A stretch of DNA of 64,000 nt from Vitrella brassicaformis CCMP3155. Its lineage: Eukaryota; Protista; Chromerida. The translations under genes and the position numbers were made by a program. Of this stretch, positions 37,501 to 50,124 are shown piece by piece. The notes beneath the pieces are model-generated. The model had not been told where the DNA came from. It did not search any database and worked only from the letters and a program-made list of their open reading frames with translations. The stretch spans positions 1 through 64,000 of the forward strand of contig CDMY01001045.1 of the NCBI GenBank assembly GCA_001179505.1. The letters run 5' to 3'. Every line of letters starts with the position of its first letter. Positions within the stretch are counted from its first letter, which is position 1.

Positions 37501-40138
37501 GGCGGGATGCTCGAGAACATCATGAACTCGAAGCTGTACCGCCCGGGCAGCGTGGCGTTTGTGACCAAGAGCGGCGGCATGCTCAACGAGATGAACAACA
37601 TTCTCCGCATCAAGGCGGACGGCTGCTACGAGGGGGTCGCCATCGGGGGCGACAGATTCCCTGGTATACACAACACACAGCACAGAGACTCACCCATCGC
37701 CGACCACCCATGTCTGTCTGTCTGTCTGTCAATTGGCTGATTTCGTGATTGGTTGCACTGCAGGGACCACGATGATGGATCATCTGCTGCGATACGAGCA
37801 GGACCCTGGCGTCAAGGTCATGCTGCTGCTGGGCGAGGTCGGCGGCACCATCGAGTACGAAGTCGTCAGAGCCATCAAGGAAGGAACCATCACCAAACCG
37901 GTACGTACGTCTGCTGCACTGAATCGACCGACACATACATGCGCCAAAGGGAGTGGAGCATGACTGCACTGCACTGCATGTCGTGCAGCTAGTGGCGTGG
38001 TGTGTGGGCACGTGTGCGCCCCTCTTCTCGACTGAGGTGTCGTTCGGACACGCCGGCGCATGGGCAGGCACCGACTCCGAGCAGGCCGCTGCAAAGAACA
38101 AGGCACTCAGGTGAGGTGGGAATATGGGGTGGGTTGGGACCGTCCCAAATACACGGACGCATAGATAGAAGGAAGCACCCATGGGTGTGTGTGTGCAGGG
38201 ATGCGGGTGCATACGTGCCGAATTCCTTCCAGGACCTTGGTGAGGTCATCAAGGACGTCTACGACACCCTCATCGAGAAGGGCCTCATCACCAGAATGGT
38301 CGAACCTGCCTTGCCACGAGTGCCCATGGGTAAAACCGGTGCACGTGGGCCCTCCCTCCCTCCCTCCCTCCCTCCGCATCAATGCAATACGCTTCTTCTA
38401 TCCGATTGTCAGACTACGCCTGGGCTAAGAAACTTGGTCTGGTCCGCAAACCAAAGGGCTTCGTCTCGACCATATCTGACGACCGGTACGGTCGGTATGC
38501 CCACAATGAATGTCACAGCTCTTTCTACCAAAATGTGCAGTGCACCCTTCGCTCACGGGGTGATGTGGGATGTGGGATGTGGTGTGCGGTGTGTGTATAG
38601 TGGCGAGGAGCTGGTGTACGCTGGCTGGCCGATTTCGAAGGTGATGCAGGGCAACATGGGTGTCGGGGGCGTGCTGTCGCTCCTGTGGTTCAAGAGACCT
38701 CTCCCAGATTACTGCTACCGGTAGGTAAAAGTGCTCACACACACACAGCCTGCCAGCCACACAGCCTCTGAGCGCTCTGTGTGTGCTTTGCTCACGTGTA
38801 GGTATCTTGAGATGGTGCTCATGCTGACGGCCGACCACGGACCCGCCGTCTGCGGCGCACACAACACGGTAAACACGGTCTGCATCCACACCAGACAGAC
38901 AGACAGACAGACAAGTGCTGAGTGTCGTGCGCTCGTGTGGCGTCAGATTGTGACTGCTCGTGCGGGCAAGGACCTGATCTCCAGCCTCATATCAGGCCTC
39001 TGCACCATCGGCGACAGGTGTGTGTGTGTGTGTGTGGACGGACACATGGTGCGTGCGGTTGGTTGATCATCGGTCGGTCGGTTGTCGGATCCCTCTCTCC
39101 TCTCAGGTTCGGCGGTGCGTGCGACCAGGCCGCCTGTCAGTTCCTCAAGGCCTATGACGACAAACAGACCCCCGAGGAGTTCGTCAAGTCCATGGCGTCG
39201 CAGAAGAAACTCATCATGGTCTGTCTCACAGCAATCTTGACAGACACAAAGGGACACGATCAGCGAGAAAGACAGAGCTTCAAATTGTTCATGTGTTGTG
39301 TTGTGTTGTGTGTGTGCGTCAGGGCATCGGTCACAAGATCAAGTCGGTGCACAATCCCGATATGCGTGTGCAGCTGCTCAAGACCTTCTGCAAGACCAAC
39401 TTTTCCCGACCGGCCCTCATCGGATTCGCCGAAGATGTCGAAAGAGTCACCACCAAGAAGAAAGGTACGGTGCGTGCGTCAGTGAGTGACTGACACAACT
39501 GAATGAACAGCACACGCAATCAGACTGATGGTTGATGGGCGGGCGAGTGGCACACACGCAAAGGGAGCCTCTCTCTGTGTGTGTGTGTGTGTGGATGTGT
39601 GATCAGACACGTTGATTCTGAACGTTGACGGCCTGATTGGAGTGTCCATGGTTGACATGCTCTTCGGCTGCGGGGCATTCTCCGAGACGGAGGCCAGAGA
39701 CTACATATCGGTGCACACACACACACACACACACTCACTCAGAGAGAGAGAGAGAGAGGGAGAGAGACGAAATTCCCTCGTGTGCACCTCTGTCTGTCCG
39801 TCTGGCTGAGTGTCTCTGTGTGTCTGTCTGCGTGTCTCTGTGTGTGTGCAGGTGGGTTGCATCAACGGTCTGTTCGTGCTCGGCAGGTCGATCGGCTTCA
39901 TTGGCCACTACCTCGACCAAAAGCGACTCAAACAGGTGCACATACACACATACACACAGACACATATACACAGTCATACAAGAGAGCACACCCTCACGCT
40001 TCGTTGTGTATGTGTGTGTGTGTGTGTGTGTGTTGCCCCAACCAACCAACCGACCAACCGACTGGCCAGGGTCTGTATCGCCATGACGTCGACGACATCG
40101 CCTACGTCCTGCCGGACCTTTCCACCTCACACCACTGA
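34513..40138 (+). CDS. ACL: ATP-citrate lyase, single-chain (beta+alpha fusion)
   Basis: Motifs: [104 protein letters not shown] (phospho-His), [13 protein letters not shown] and GIGHKIKS. Confidence 0.96.
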
Positions 40139-41969
40139 CTCACTCACTCCCACATCCATCCATCCACCCGTCCCCCTCATGCAACGCAGTATGACTGACG
40201 ATTGATCCACTCTGAGTGAGTCCTCATTGTTTTCTTAAATAAGCCACGCCAGAGCCATGTCTCAAAGGAGACGGCAGGGCAGGGCCAGACAAGGCCAGCC
40301 AATTATACGGACGGCAAGACACACGCTGGACCACTTCTCACATGATCAGACAGACGGAGAGGCAGACGTGTGGGTGTGCGGTGACTTAGAGTTTTGCTCC
40401 TTCTGCCTTCTCACTCACAGTGGACTGGTGATTTGATGACGATGACGATGACCGCGGGAGCGAGTGAGTCAGTGAGTGTGTGTGTGAATCAATGAATGCA
40501 TGTCTGTGGGTGGTGGTGGTGGTGGTGGTCCTAGGGACGGGCGTCGCATGATGGGTCGTTCGTTGACTGACTGAATGAATGTCTGTAGAGCGGTATCATT
40601 TTTTACCCGTACATCGATCCATCGATCGGCGTGTGTGCCATGCGTGCTCTAATTCGTCCACTCATTCAGTCAGTCATTCCTTCATTCCTTCATTCGGTCC
40701 TTCAGGGGGGCAGTGGGGTGGGATGGGGTGGGGTGGGGGGGGATAGGTCTTCGCTGCTCATGAACCAAACCGACCGGTTGCCGTCCGTCCGTCCTGCCTG
40801 CCTGTCTGCATAGAGCGATTAATGCACCCACCAGTACCACTCACTCGTGGAAGCAGGAAGGCACAGCGAGAGAGAACGCACCATCGATTTTTTGCCCCCC
40901 ACACAGTTGTCACAGTGCGCGTGTAAGGTAACTAGGCGACGTGTGTGCGACCACTACACTACACTACACCCCCCTGTAAGTATAAGCATACCAGTTTCCC
41001 CCCCGAACCCACAAGCCATCCCCAGCTGTCAGTCAGTCAGGTGAGTGTATTCTTGGTCTTTGTGTGTGCATGGCATGCGGGCCGTCTTGTCTTTCTGCGT
41101 GTGCTGAGGGATAGATAGATAGAGCGATGGACAGATGGTATGGTGGTGGAGAGGTCTGGCAGTCAGTCAGTCACTGTGGCAGGTAGGTCATTGCGTCCAT
41201 GCGGCTGTCCGACTGTCTGGGAGCAAGCGTGTTGTGTGCTTTGTGAGTGACCACCCGGCCATGTCGGCCACTGCTGAACACCCACCCGGCACTCTCTGTG
41301 TGTGCATGTCTCTGGAGACCAAGTTTGCAGCAATCAACGACATACAGGTCACATAGACGGCTTGGGTCCGTCAAAAGGGACAAAATTGCGACAGAGCAGG
41401 GAGGGATTCACCCACTCACTCAGCCACCCACTCGTCTTTCTCTCTCCCTATGCCCGTGGTGCATGAGACGGACGGGAATAGGGGTTATAACTCGTGATGC
41501 TGGCTCACCATGGAGGAGGAACTAATTCTTTCCTTTCGTGGTTTGTATGTCTTCTTCATTGATTTCTTGTCCACACCACACCACACCACACCACGTCAGT
41601 CGGTCGGTCAGTCAGTCAGTCAGTCAGTCAGCCACTCACTGATTCAGCTAATTGTTGATGGGCCCAGCAAGAGCCAGCCACACCGGACGTAATGCAGGCA
41701 GGTGATACAGAACGCGCAATGCAATCCACAATTATGGCACGTACGGCGACCATGCATAAGGTAGGTTGTTTGGATGAAGCCCTAAGAAGAGAACCAACCG
41801 ACAGGAATTGACCATGCATACGAGCATACGCACGCACGACACACACGTGCACACACACTACGTACACACATCCGTACGAAACGGCTCTCAGAGGCCTCCC
41901 TCTCTGGCTGCCTTTCTGCAGACCTCCGACACCAGAGGCGGCGCCAGCTTGGCCACCGACCCGCAGAGT

Positions 41970-44066
41970 CTACAGATGCTCCCTGACACACCCCTCTGCC
42001 CACTCCCACAGCACCCCGCTCATGGTCATCCAGTAGGGCGGCAGAGCCGCCGGCCACGGCACAGCCCCCACATGCGGGCCAGATATCTCCTGCACCAGGT
42101 ACCACACCGCCGACAGCCGATACCCCACATACGCACCCGCCCGCTCCACCCACTCGCTGCACTGCTTGTTGCCCCCACCCAGCCATGCGGCCGCACGGCT
42201 GCCAAGATGGGCGGGCGAGAAGGGGGTAGGGGCATGCAGGTACGGCGCGTAGTAGAGGGGCGGGGTGTCGATGTCGATGCCCGGTGGCCCGTTGTTTGCG
42301 TCGGTGAGTGGCTGTGTAGCGGCGAATAGAGAGGGGATGGCTCCCCGCGACGGTGTGGTCATGAAGAGGTCGGCCACGAGGTAGATGGCGCGCATGGGGT
42401 GGTAGCCGGCTGACTGGAAGATGGGCGTCACCACACTGCCGGGACTCGCTGCAGGCAGGCAAACAAACAAGCAGGCAGGCAGGCAGCACGAAACAATGAA
42501 TGACCAGAGGCAAATGGGCAGACAGACAGATGGTCGGTCGGTCGGTCGGTACCGGCAAAAGCCATGGGTGGGGTGTTTGGTGCTCCGGCTCGTTTGGCCT
42601 CCGCTCGTCTGAGCCGCAACTGCATGCATTTGAATGCATGCAGCCGCGCCACACCACACCACACCACACCACACCGAACATACATAGCAGATGAGCATCG
42701 GGCGGGCTCGACGCGCAGACACGCTCTGGACGGCACCTGTGCAGCGAAGAGTATCATGGCGAGCTTCGAATCGCCATAAACGTAGCTGCGGTACCATCCC
42801 TGCAGACGTGACGTCACTCACACCATCTCACTCTCTCTCCCTCTCTCTCGTATGACTCACTCACTCACCGCCAGAGCCCCATCGAGGTGTCGCCTAAGGT
42901 TGGCCTTCTTGTGCTCGTCCAGCGCTCCCTCCCACTCGTCTTTGGTGTAGTCGACGTCACCCCAGTGGTCGGCCATCATTGCGTGCAGCCACGCGGGGCC
43001 GCCCATGCGGTGGTACCAAGACCCCACATTGACAATGCGCGAGTCGGGCGTGGCACACATGCGGTCGTACAGCAGACGGGTCAGCAGGTAGTGCCCTGAG
43101 TGAGTATGGGAACAGACACAGAGACAAGAGTGAGTATGCGTCAGTTGAGTTGAGTACCAATGAAGTTGATCCCGAAAGTGGCGCTGAACCCGTCTTTGGT
43201 CTTGCGCCGCGCGTGCCAGTTGCCGAGGCCGGCATTGTTGAGCAGCAGGTGGATCGCACCGCACTCCCTGCGTCCATCCGCCAGCATAGACAGACGCATC
43301 ATGTCAACCAAACCAGCAACCAACAGTGACCACACAGCCAACAGGTTTTCCCCGGCGCTTCACTCCCTAAGTCCCTCACTCACCGCAGCACATGGTCAGC
43401 GGCACAGTGGATGCTCTTGAGGTCTCCCAAGTCCACATACACGAAACGGGCTGAGCCTCCACTTTCGCTGCTGCTGCCAAACGACTCGGCCATCTCCTCG
43501 CCCTTCGCCTGCCAGAGGCACAACCCCCCACCCACCCACCCACCCGGGCACACACTCATGGATTGATTGATTGCTTTGTGTGTGGTTTTTCCTCTACTCT
43601 CCGTGTGTGGGCACCCACACACCTTGTTGATATCGAGTATCCACACGTGTGCCCCCGCTTTCACGAGATAGCGCACCAGCTCACAGCCGATGCCTGCCGC
43701 CCCGCCAACCACACGCGGCGCACAGTGTGCCGCTGCCACTTTGATCCTTTTGCCTGCCTGCCTGCCTGCCTGCACACCCGGTACGGTACGGTACGTACCT
43801 GAGCAGCCGCCAGTCATTATGCAGGTCCATCCGCGCACGGCCGCCAGCCGCCTTTCCAGCTCAGCGTCCTCCGCCTTGCTCGACTGGGCCCTGTGGGAGA
43901 GTCTGCTCCAGATGTGGTAAAGGGTGCCCGCCACGGCGCCCCATATGATGCCCAGCACCACGCAGCAGTGGAGAAGAGGCACCAGCAGCAGCCTGTCCAG
44001 CTCGTACAGCACAAAGAGCAGGAAAGACGAAGCTGCACCTTGGCCTTTTCCCGCTGCGTCACACAT
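41970..44066 (-). CDS. Short-chain dehydrogenase/reductase (retinol dehydrogenase-like) with N-terminal membrane anchor
   Basis: TGGCSG|IG cofactor motif, VDLGDL, LLNNAG, FGINFIGHYLLT, RIVNVGS, YGDSK (YxxxK) and SPGSVVT. Confidence 0.88.
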
Positions 44067-44168
44067 CTCGCCAGCGCCCCGTGATCATGAAGAGTGGCGT
44101 GGAAAACACGGGCCTCCTCTAGAGCTCGAAGCAGCGGCGGTTTCAGGGAGCACCCCAGCTCGAAGATC

Positions 44169-44179
44169 TGCGAGCTTAG
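44169..44179 (+). promoter_or_regulatory. Candidate promoter motif TGCGAGCTTAG between SDR and Dispatched-like genes
   Basis: Exact 11-mer, also present at 22761 and 34188. Confidence 0.5.
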
Positions 44180-44345
44180 CTCCGGAGATGACCGCCGTTG
44201 ACGCCCTCTCCCTGCGATGCCTGACGCGCAGATCTTCCGTCGAAGAATCAGGCCGATTGACTGACTCACTCGCTGACTCATTGATTCATTCACTCATTGA
44301 CTGACTCATCGCTGCTTGGTTCACTCACTGTCACTCATCAGCGGC

Positions 44346-47300
44346 ATGGCCTCCCCTGTTTCCTCTGCTCAGCCGTCGCTGCGCAGTGATCCCATGTGGA
44401 TGGTGGCCAAGGCGGTGGTGAGGCGTCCAGGGATCTTCCTGCTCGCATCGGTGGCTGTGCTGGGTGCGGTGCTGCTGGTGGGAGGGCTCACGACGCTGCC
44501 CATCAGGATTGAGTCGGACTTCCATCGCTACCTCGTCACTGGTGAGTCAGTGAGTGAGTGAGTGAATCTTGCGCAGCACGGCGGTGGCACAGCACAGTGA
44601 TGATGGGTCTGCCTGCCTGCCTGCCTGCCTGCCAATTTGTGTGTATGTGTCAGACGGTGAGGCTTCCCTGCGGCAGCGGCAGCTTGATGCCGCCGTTCGC
44701 GTCAACGATGAGGGCCTCACCCGCCGCCGAAGACTCTCGCCCCACGGGGAGGAGGAGGAAGACCGCTCCACACTCACCGTTATCTATTCGTTGCTCAAGG
44801 GCAGTGGCAATGTATACGCCGACAGCACCAGCCTGGCGCACATGCGGTCCCTCGAGGACCGGCTGGTCGAGGCCATCGCTGACAGCGGCGTGTGCGGCTC
44901 CAGGGGTGACAAGTCGTGCATCGCCGTCACCTCTGCCCTCGACTACTTCTACGGGAGGCCTGTCGACTACAACAGCAGCAACAGCAACAGCAACAGCACC
45001 CAGTCCGTCTACAGCTTCGACGCGAGAGGCGATGCGCCGCTTGACGCGGCGCCCGTGATGGATCACTGGGCGACGAGGGACATCGGCTGGTACTGCGACA
45101 AGAGCTTCGACGACGGCCGGTGCCTCAACGGGCGGACAGAGTTCGCTACAATCGGCGACAAGGAGACATACGATAGGGCGGCGGGCAAGGCCCTGCTGCC
45201 GCTGCTGCAGGGGGCATCGTGGCCTGGCGTGCGGGTGCTCTACTCTGGCGATGGCGTGACTGCCGCCGAGGTGCGAGAGGAGGTGTGGGGTGACGTGTGG
45301 CTGGCCGTCGGGTCGTTGCTGTTCGTGCTCGTGTACCTGGCCCTGCACACGTGGAGCCTGCTGCTGTCGACGTGCGGGCTGGTCATGGTACTGACCAGCG
45401 TCCCTCTGGCGTACGTCCTCTTTGTGTGGCTGGGCCCCGACCAAATGATGATCCTCAACTTCCTGGGCGTCTTCGTCGTCACCGCAATTGGTGGGTGCGT
45501 CGGTCGAGTGGGGGCGGCGCGGCGCGGCGCGGCGCGGGCGGACAGCATACCATCCATCCCACACCCACGTTTGTTTGTCTTTCCACCTCCTTTGTGTGTG
45601 CAGGTGCTGATGATCTGTTTGTGTTGTCTGACTTGTGGAGCCAGTCCCGCCTCTTCTTCAGCAGCAAGGCAGAGGAGGGCGACACCGACGACAATGAGTG
45701 TCTGGCGCGCAGGTGGCTCTGGACCATGCGCCGGGGCGGCGGGGCGGTCGTCGTCACCTCACTCACCACGGCCGCATCGTTCTTCGCCAACATGGCATCC
45801 GCCGTAGCACCGGTCGGTATATATGGATGGGGGCAAACTACACCCACACACGCACTGCTCCCTCACTCTCTATGTGTGTGTGTCATGTCTGTGTATGCAG
45901 GTTCGTGAGTTCGGTCTGTTCATGGGACTGTGCGTGTTGAGTGCGTGCGTGCTGGTGCTGGGGCTCTATCCGCTGGTGTTGGTCATGTGTGAGCGACTGC
46001 CGCCCCGCCTGTCAAACAAGCCCCTCAACCTCTTCAGGCGCGCCACCATGAGTCAATTGGCCGCCAGGATGCGGGCGAGAGGTGACGACCAGCAGCTGGT
46101 GGAAAAGGTGACAGGAGGGGAGTGGCCACGCGTGTCGCCTCAAGACCTCGACAAGCCGCTGACCAAGGAATCGGGTTTCAGGGCAACAGAAAGGTCTGTC
46201 GGCAAAGGGCGACTGACTTGCTGTCTGAAAGATGGATGGCATCTGTCACTCATCATATTGGGTGTGCTGTGTTTTGATTTGGTTTGATTTGGCAAACAGG
46301 TTTTTCCACAACGTGTTCTACCCCTTCGTGTATCGCTTCCGCGTCTGTCTGGTGGTTTTGGGGCTGGTGTTGGTGCTGGTGGCCAATGTGCTCGTGTGGA
46401 CCCTCTTCGCCCCTGCAGACACGCTGCCCGCCTTCTTCCCTGCCGGCCACAACCTGGACCTCGTGCAGCACACGACAAAGGAGTTCAGGCCGTCCGGGAA
46501 GGAGACCCCCGCTCACACCGGTATGTATGTTTGTGTGGGGGCTTCTGTCTGTGTGCATGGCCTTATAGATCTGACCTGACCAGGCCTGTGTTGTGTCATT
46601 GTCTGTCTGTCAGGCCTCCTGTACGTGTGTGCGCCCGGGTGGAGGGGCGAGGGGTGTGCGGAGAAGCGATACAACTGCAGAGCCGATGATGAGTCCCAGG
46701 ACGACCAACGCAGCGGACACGTAAGAAAGCAAGATCATCCGCACAGACAAACAGAGAGAGAGAGAGAGAGGAATCGACCTTAGGCACGCTTGTCTTCGTG
46801 TGTGCAGGGGTCATGTCTGGCAAGTGGTGTGTGTCGGTGCATCTTTGGCTGGGAGGGGGAGGACTGCGCCACACGAACCACTCCACCAGAAGTAGGCAAG
46901 CCAACGCAGACAGACAACCACATGTGCTACTTACACGTGTGTCGTGTCGTGGGTGTCGTGTGTGGCGCGTGCGTCCCACAGCCACTGCAGTGCCGCAGAG
47001 AGGACTACTTCGCCTGCGGTGTGGACCGTGGCCTCTGCGTCGACAGCACGTGCGCCTGCACCGACCCCTCTTACCACGGACACCAGTGCCAGCTCACCCA
47101 CTCAGACGGTCAGCCAGTCTGTCATGTCAGTGAGGGACAGACAGGCTACCCACCCGACAGGGCATGACATTCTCTAGTGTGTCCCTGTCTGTTTTGTAGA
47201 TGCTCCGAAGGGTGTGGAGGTTGCTTCCTTCGCACTGCTGCCGCCGGTGAGCGACGTCAGGCTGAAGCTGAGGCTGCAGCTGGATCCACACTTGGAGGCT

Positions 47301-50124
47301 GAGGGTGCCGGTGGTCGTGGCGGTGGTGGTGGTGAAGGTGGCGGTGGCGGTGGTGGTGGTGAAGGTGTGAATATGACGGATGTGGACGTCCGTCTGGACC
47401 AGTCGATCGAAGGCCGCAAGGCAGACGGATGGGTGAGTGAAATGAATGAGATGAGTGGGTGAGGGATGGCATCTATCGCACTCCACTCACGCGCATATCT
47501 ATCTGTTTCTCTGTCTGTGTGTCTATCTGTGCAGGTGCGCCCCTCCTTCTCCCTGGCTCAGGTGTACCGGCAGCTGCAGCGGCGACTGCAACTCGACCAA
47601 CAGGTCAGTCAGATCACTCAGTCACTCACTCAGTCGGCCAACAGCACTGTCTGTCCATCCACTTGTGTCTTTGTCTGTCTGCATCCCATCCGCCCATCGG
47701 TCCATCGGCCCATCGACGCGATGGATGCATCACACCAGTCGAGCCTGTCGGTGGGTGTGAGCAGCCAGGAGACTTCCAAGCAGCGGCTGGTCGACGCCGC
47801 GCGCAAAGGGCAGGTCCTCGTCCTCGCACGCATCCTTGCACCACAACACCTCACCCACGAAATCATCCAACGCGCCAAACGACTGGTCAGTGAGTCATCG
47901 AGTGGATAAGTCCGCCTCCGAACAAGCCAAGCCACCCACCCTGGCCTGAGCGTGGTGGTGTGATATCCCGTGATTGCAGAACGATCGCGGTAGCGCCTTG
48001 GTGTTTTCTGGTGCGTACCGGCTGGCTCACCTGGGTTACGAGGACCAGGGCATCGCTGCGCAGAGGGGCTATGGCGAGCTGGGCCCGGCCGGCGAGGCCC
48101 TGCGGAGGAGGAGCAGAGAGGCCGAGGCCGAGAGCCACGCGGAGGACCTCTACCGCACCCAGAAGAACCCCACCCTGTGAGTGAGGAGTACAGCACCCAC
48201 ACATTCGGTCGATTCGGACACACAACAGACAGGCGATTGTGTGTGCCTGGGTGGTCTGTTGGTTGGTGCAGGGTGGAGGTGGTGTGGGGCTTGGGGGGTC
48301 TTCGGCGAGTGGGCCCGTTCGCCAAGGACGAGCCCATCTACGACGCCTCCTTCAGCCTCAACACGCCCGAAGCCCAGAACGCCATATTGGACATGGTGTG
48401 GCTGGCCACTGAAGGATTGCGCTGAGCTTAGATAGATACCTCTCTCTCTCTCTCTCTCTGACGTCTGTGTGTGTAGTGTCGCCCCAATCTGCATGGGGGT
48501 GCGATGAATCTGCTGCGGGTCAACCACATCAACTGCTGGATGGAGGTCTTCATGCGATGGCTCAACAAAAAGTCTGTCATACTCAGATAGCCACTCAGCC
48601 TCACACACTGAACACCACAACAGACAGCATATGTATGTCTCCGTCGATGTGACGTGTGTGTCCTGCAGCAAGCTGTCCTTCCCAGTGCCAGCAGCCGACC
48701 TGCCTCTCCACGTCAATGCCTTTCTGCGGGACCATCCCTCGTGGGCCGAGGATGTGGGCATGGCAGCCGACGGCTCCATCAAGTGGACCCGGGTGGGCTT
48801 CAGGTGCGACGTCCCCAACGACATGGCGGCCTCCCGCGCCGCAGAGTACGGACAGCTGTGGGAGACATACGCCAAAGAGAGAGAGAAATTCGCACCCACA
48901 TCGCTGCAAAGGTCGGTAGGGTGGGTGCGATTGATGGATGGATGGATGGATGTGTGGTGTGGTGTGGTGCAGTGGGTACGTGACGAGCCGTGTGTTTGTG
49001 CGGGCGGAGACGCAGCGTGAGCTGGTCATGTCCACTCTGCACATATGGGTCATCTCCACGGTGTGCGCCGCTGCCGGAGTCTTTTTGTGAGCGTCTTGCT
49101 GCACACCACACACCACACACCTCACACACACATTCCACTCTTCCCGTGCGTCACACATGTCGGTGTCTCTTTGTGTGTGTGTGTGTTTAGGTTCACGGGC
49201 AGCGTGTTGCTGTCTTTGTATCTCTTGGTGACGGTAGCCTGCATCGTCATGACCCTCCTGGCCTTCATGCTGGTCGTCATGGGATGGCAATTCGGGGTCC
49301 TGGAGGCCATTGCCGTCATCAGTAAGCCGAGCCATACAGACCACGCCGCAGCTCATTCATCCCTACAAAGACAGACAACATATATTATCCCTGTGTGTGT
49401 GCAAATGCATCCATCGCAATGAATGCAGTCTTTATCGGCCTGTCGGTCGACTACGGTCTGCACCTGGCCCTCTCCTACCGGGAGCCGCCCCACCGACAGC
49501 CACACAAGAGAGTCCGCGACGCCCTCACCCAAACCGGCATCTCTATCCTCGCCGGTTATATCCGACACAAGCGACAGACAGACACCACATGATGCCTGCC
49601 TGCCTGCCTCTGTGTGTGTGTGTGTGTGTGTGTGTGCAGCCGCCGGGACGACTTTGGGCAGCTGCGCGTTTCTGTTTTTCTGCACCATTCGGCTGTTTGT
49701 GCAGTTCGGCATCGTCGTCTTTGCCAACACCACCCTCTCCCTTTTGTTCGCCCTGCTGTTCTTCGCGGCCCTGCTTGCCATCGCCGGCCCCGAGCGGGTG
49801 TGCTCCTTCTCACTGGGGGCGCTGCTCTGCTGCCAGTGGTCTCGCGTCTGCACCACACACCCACAACCACACCCACACAGAGAACGGCAAGATGGCCATC
49901 AGGATGAAGACGAGGAATGCGGCAAGCGGTCTGCTGCGGCTGTGGGTGTGGCGCCATGTGTTCTGGGGAAGCGTGTGTCTTCTGAGTGCGGGAGTGGGGG
50001 TGTTGGTGAGGATGACGGCGGTCCGACTCGTGCAGTGAGCATGTCTCTGGCCGAGGACCGGATGGACAGCGATGGGGGGGCCGAGAAGGGGTCTGGCGAT
50101 GGCGATGGCGATGGCGACGATTGA
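44346..50124 (+). CDS. Dispatched/Patched-family RND (sterol-sensing domain) protein with EGF-like repeats in loop 2
   Basis: SSD helices with AIG|ADD (TM4), VVVTSLTTAASFFAN and VREFGLFMG. Second repeat WQFGVLEAIA, GLSVDYGLHLA, ALTQTGISIL, GTTLGSCAFLFFC and FVQFG. EGF-like exons at ~46790-47100. Confidence 0.88.

Noticed and set aside
44650-45564. 304-aa minus-strand ORF
   Set aside because: Antisense shadow of the GC3-rich Dispatched-like exon.
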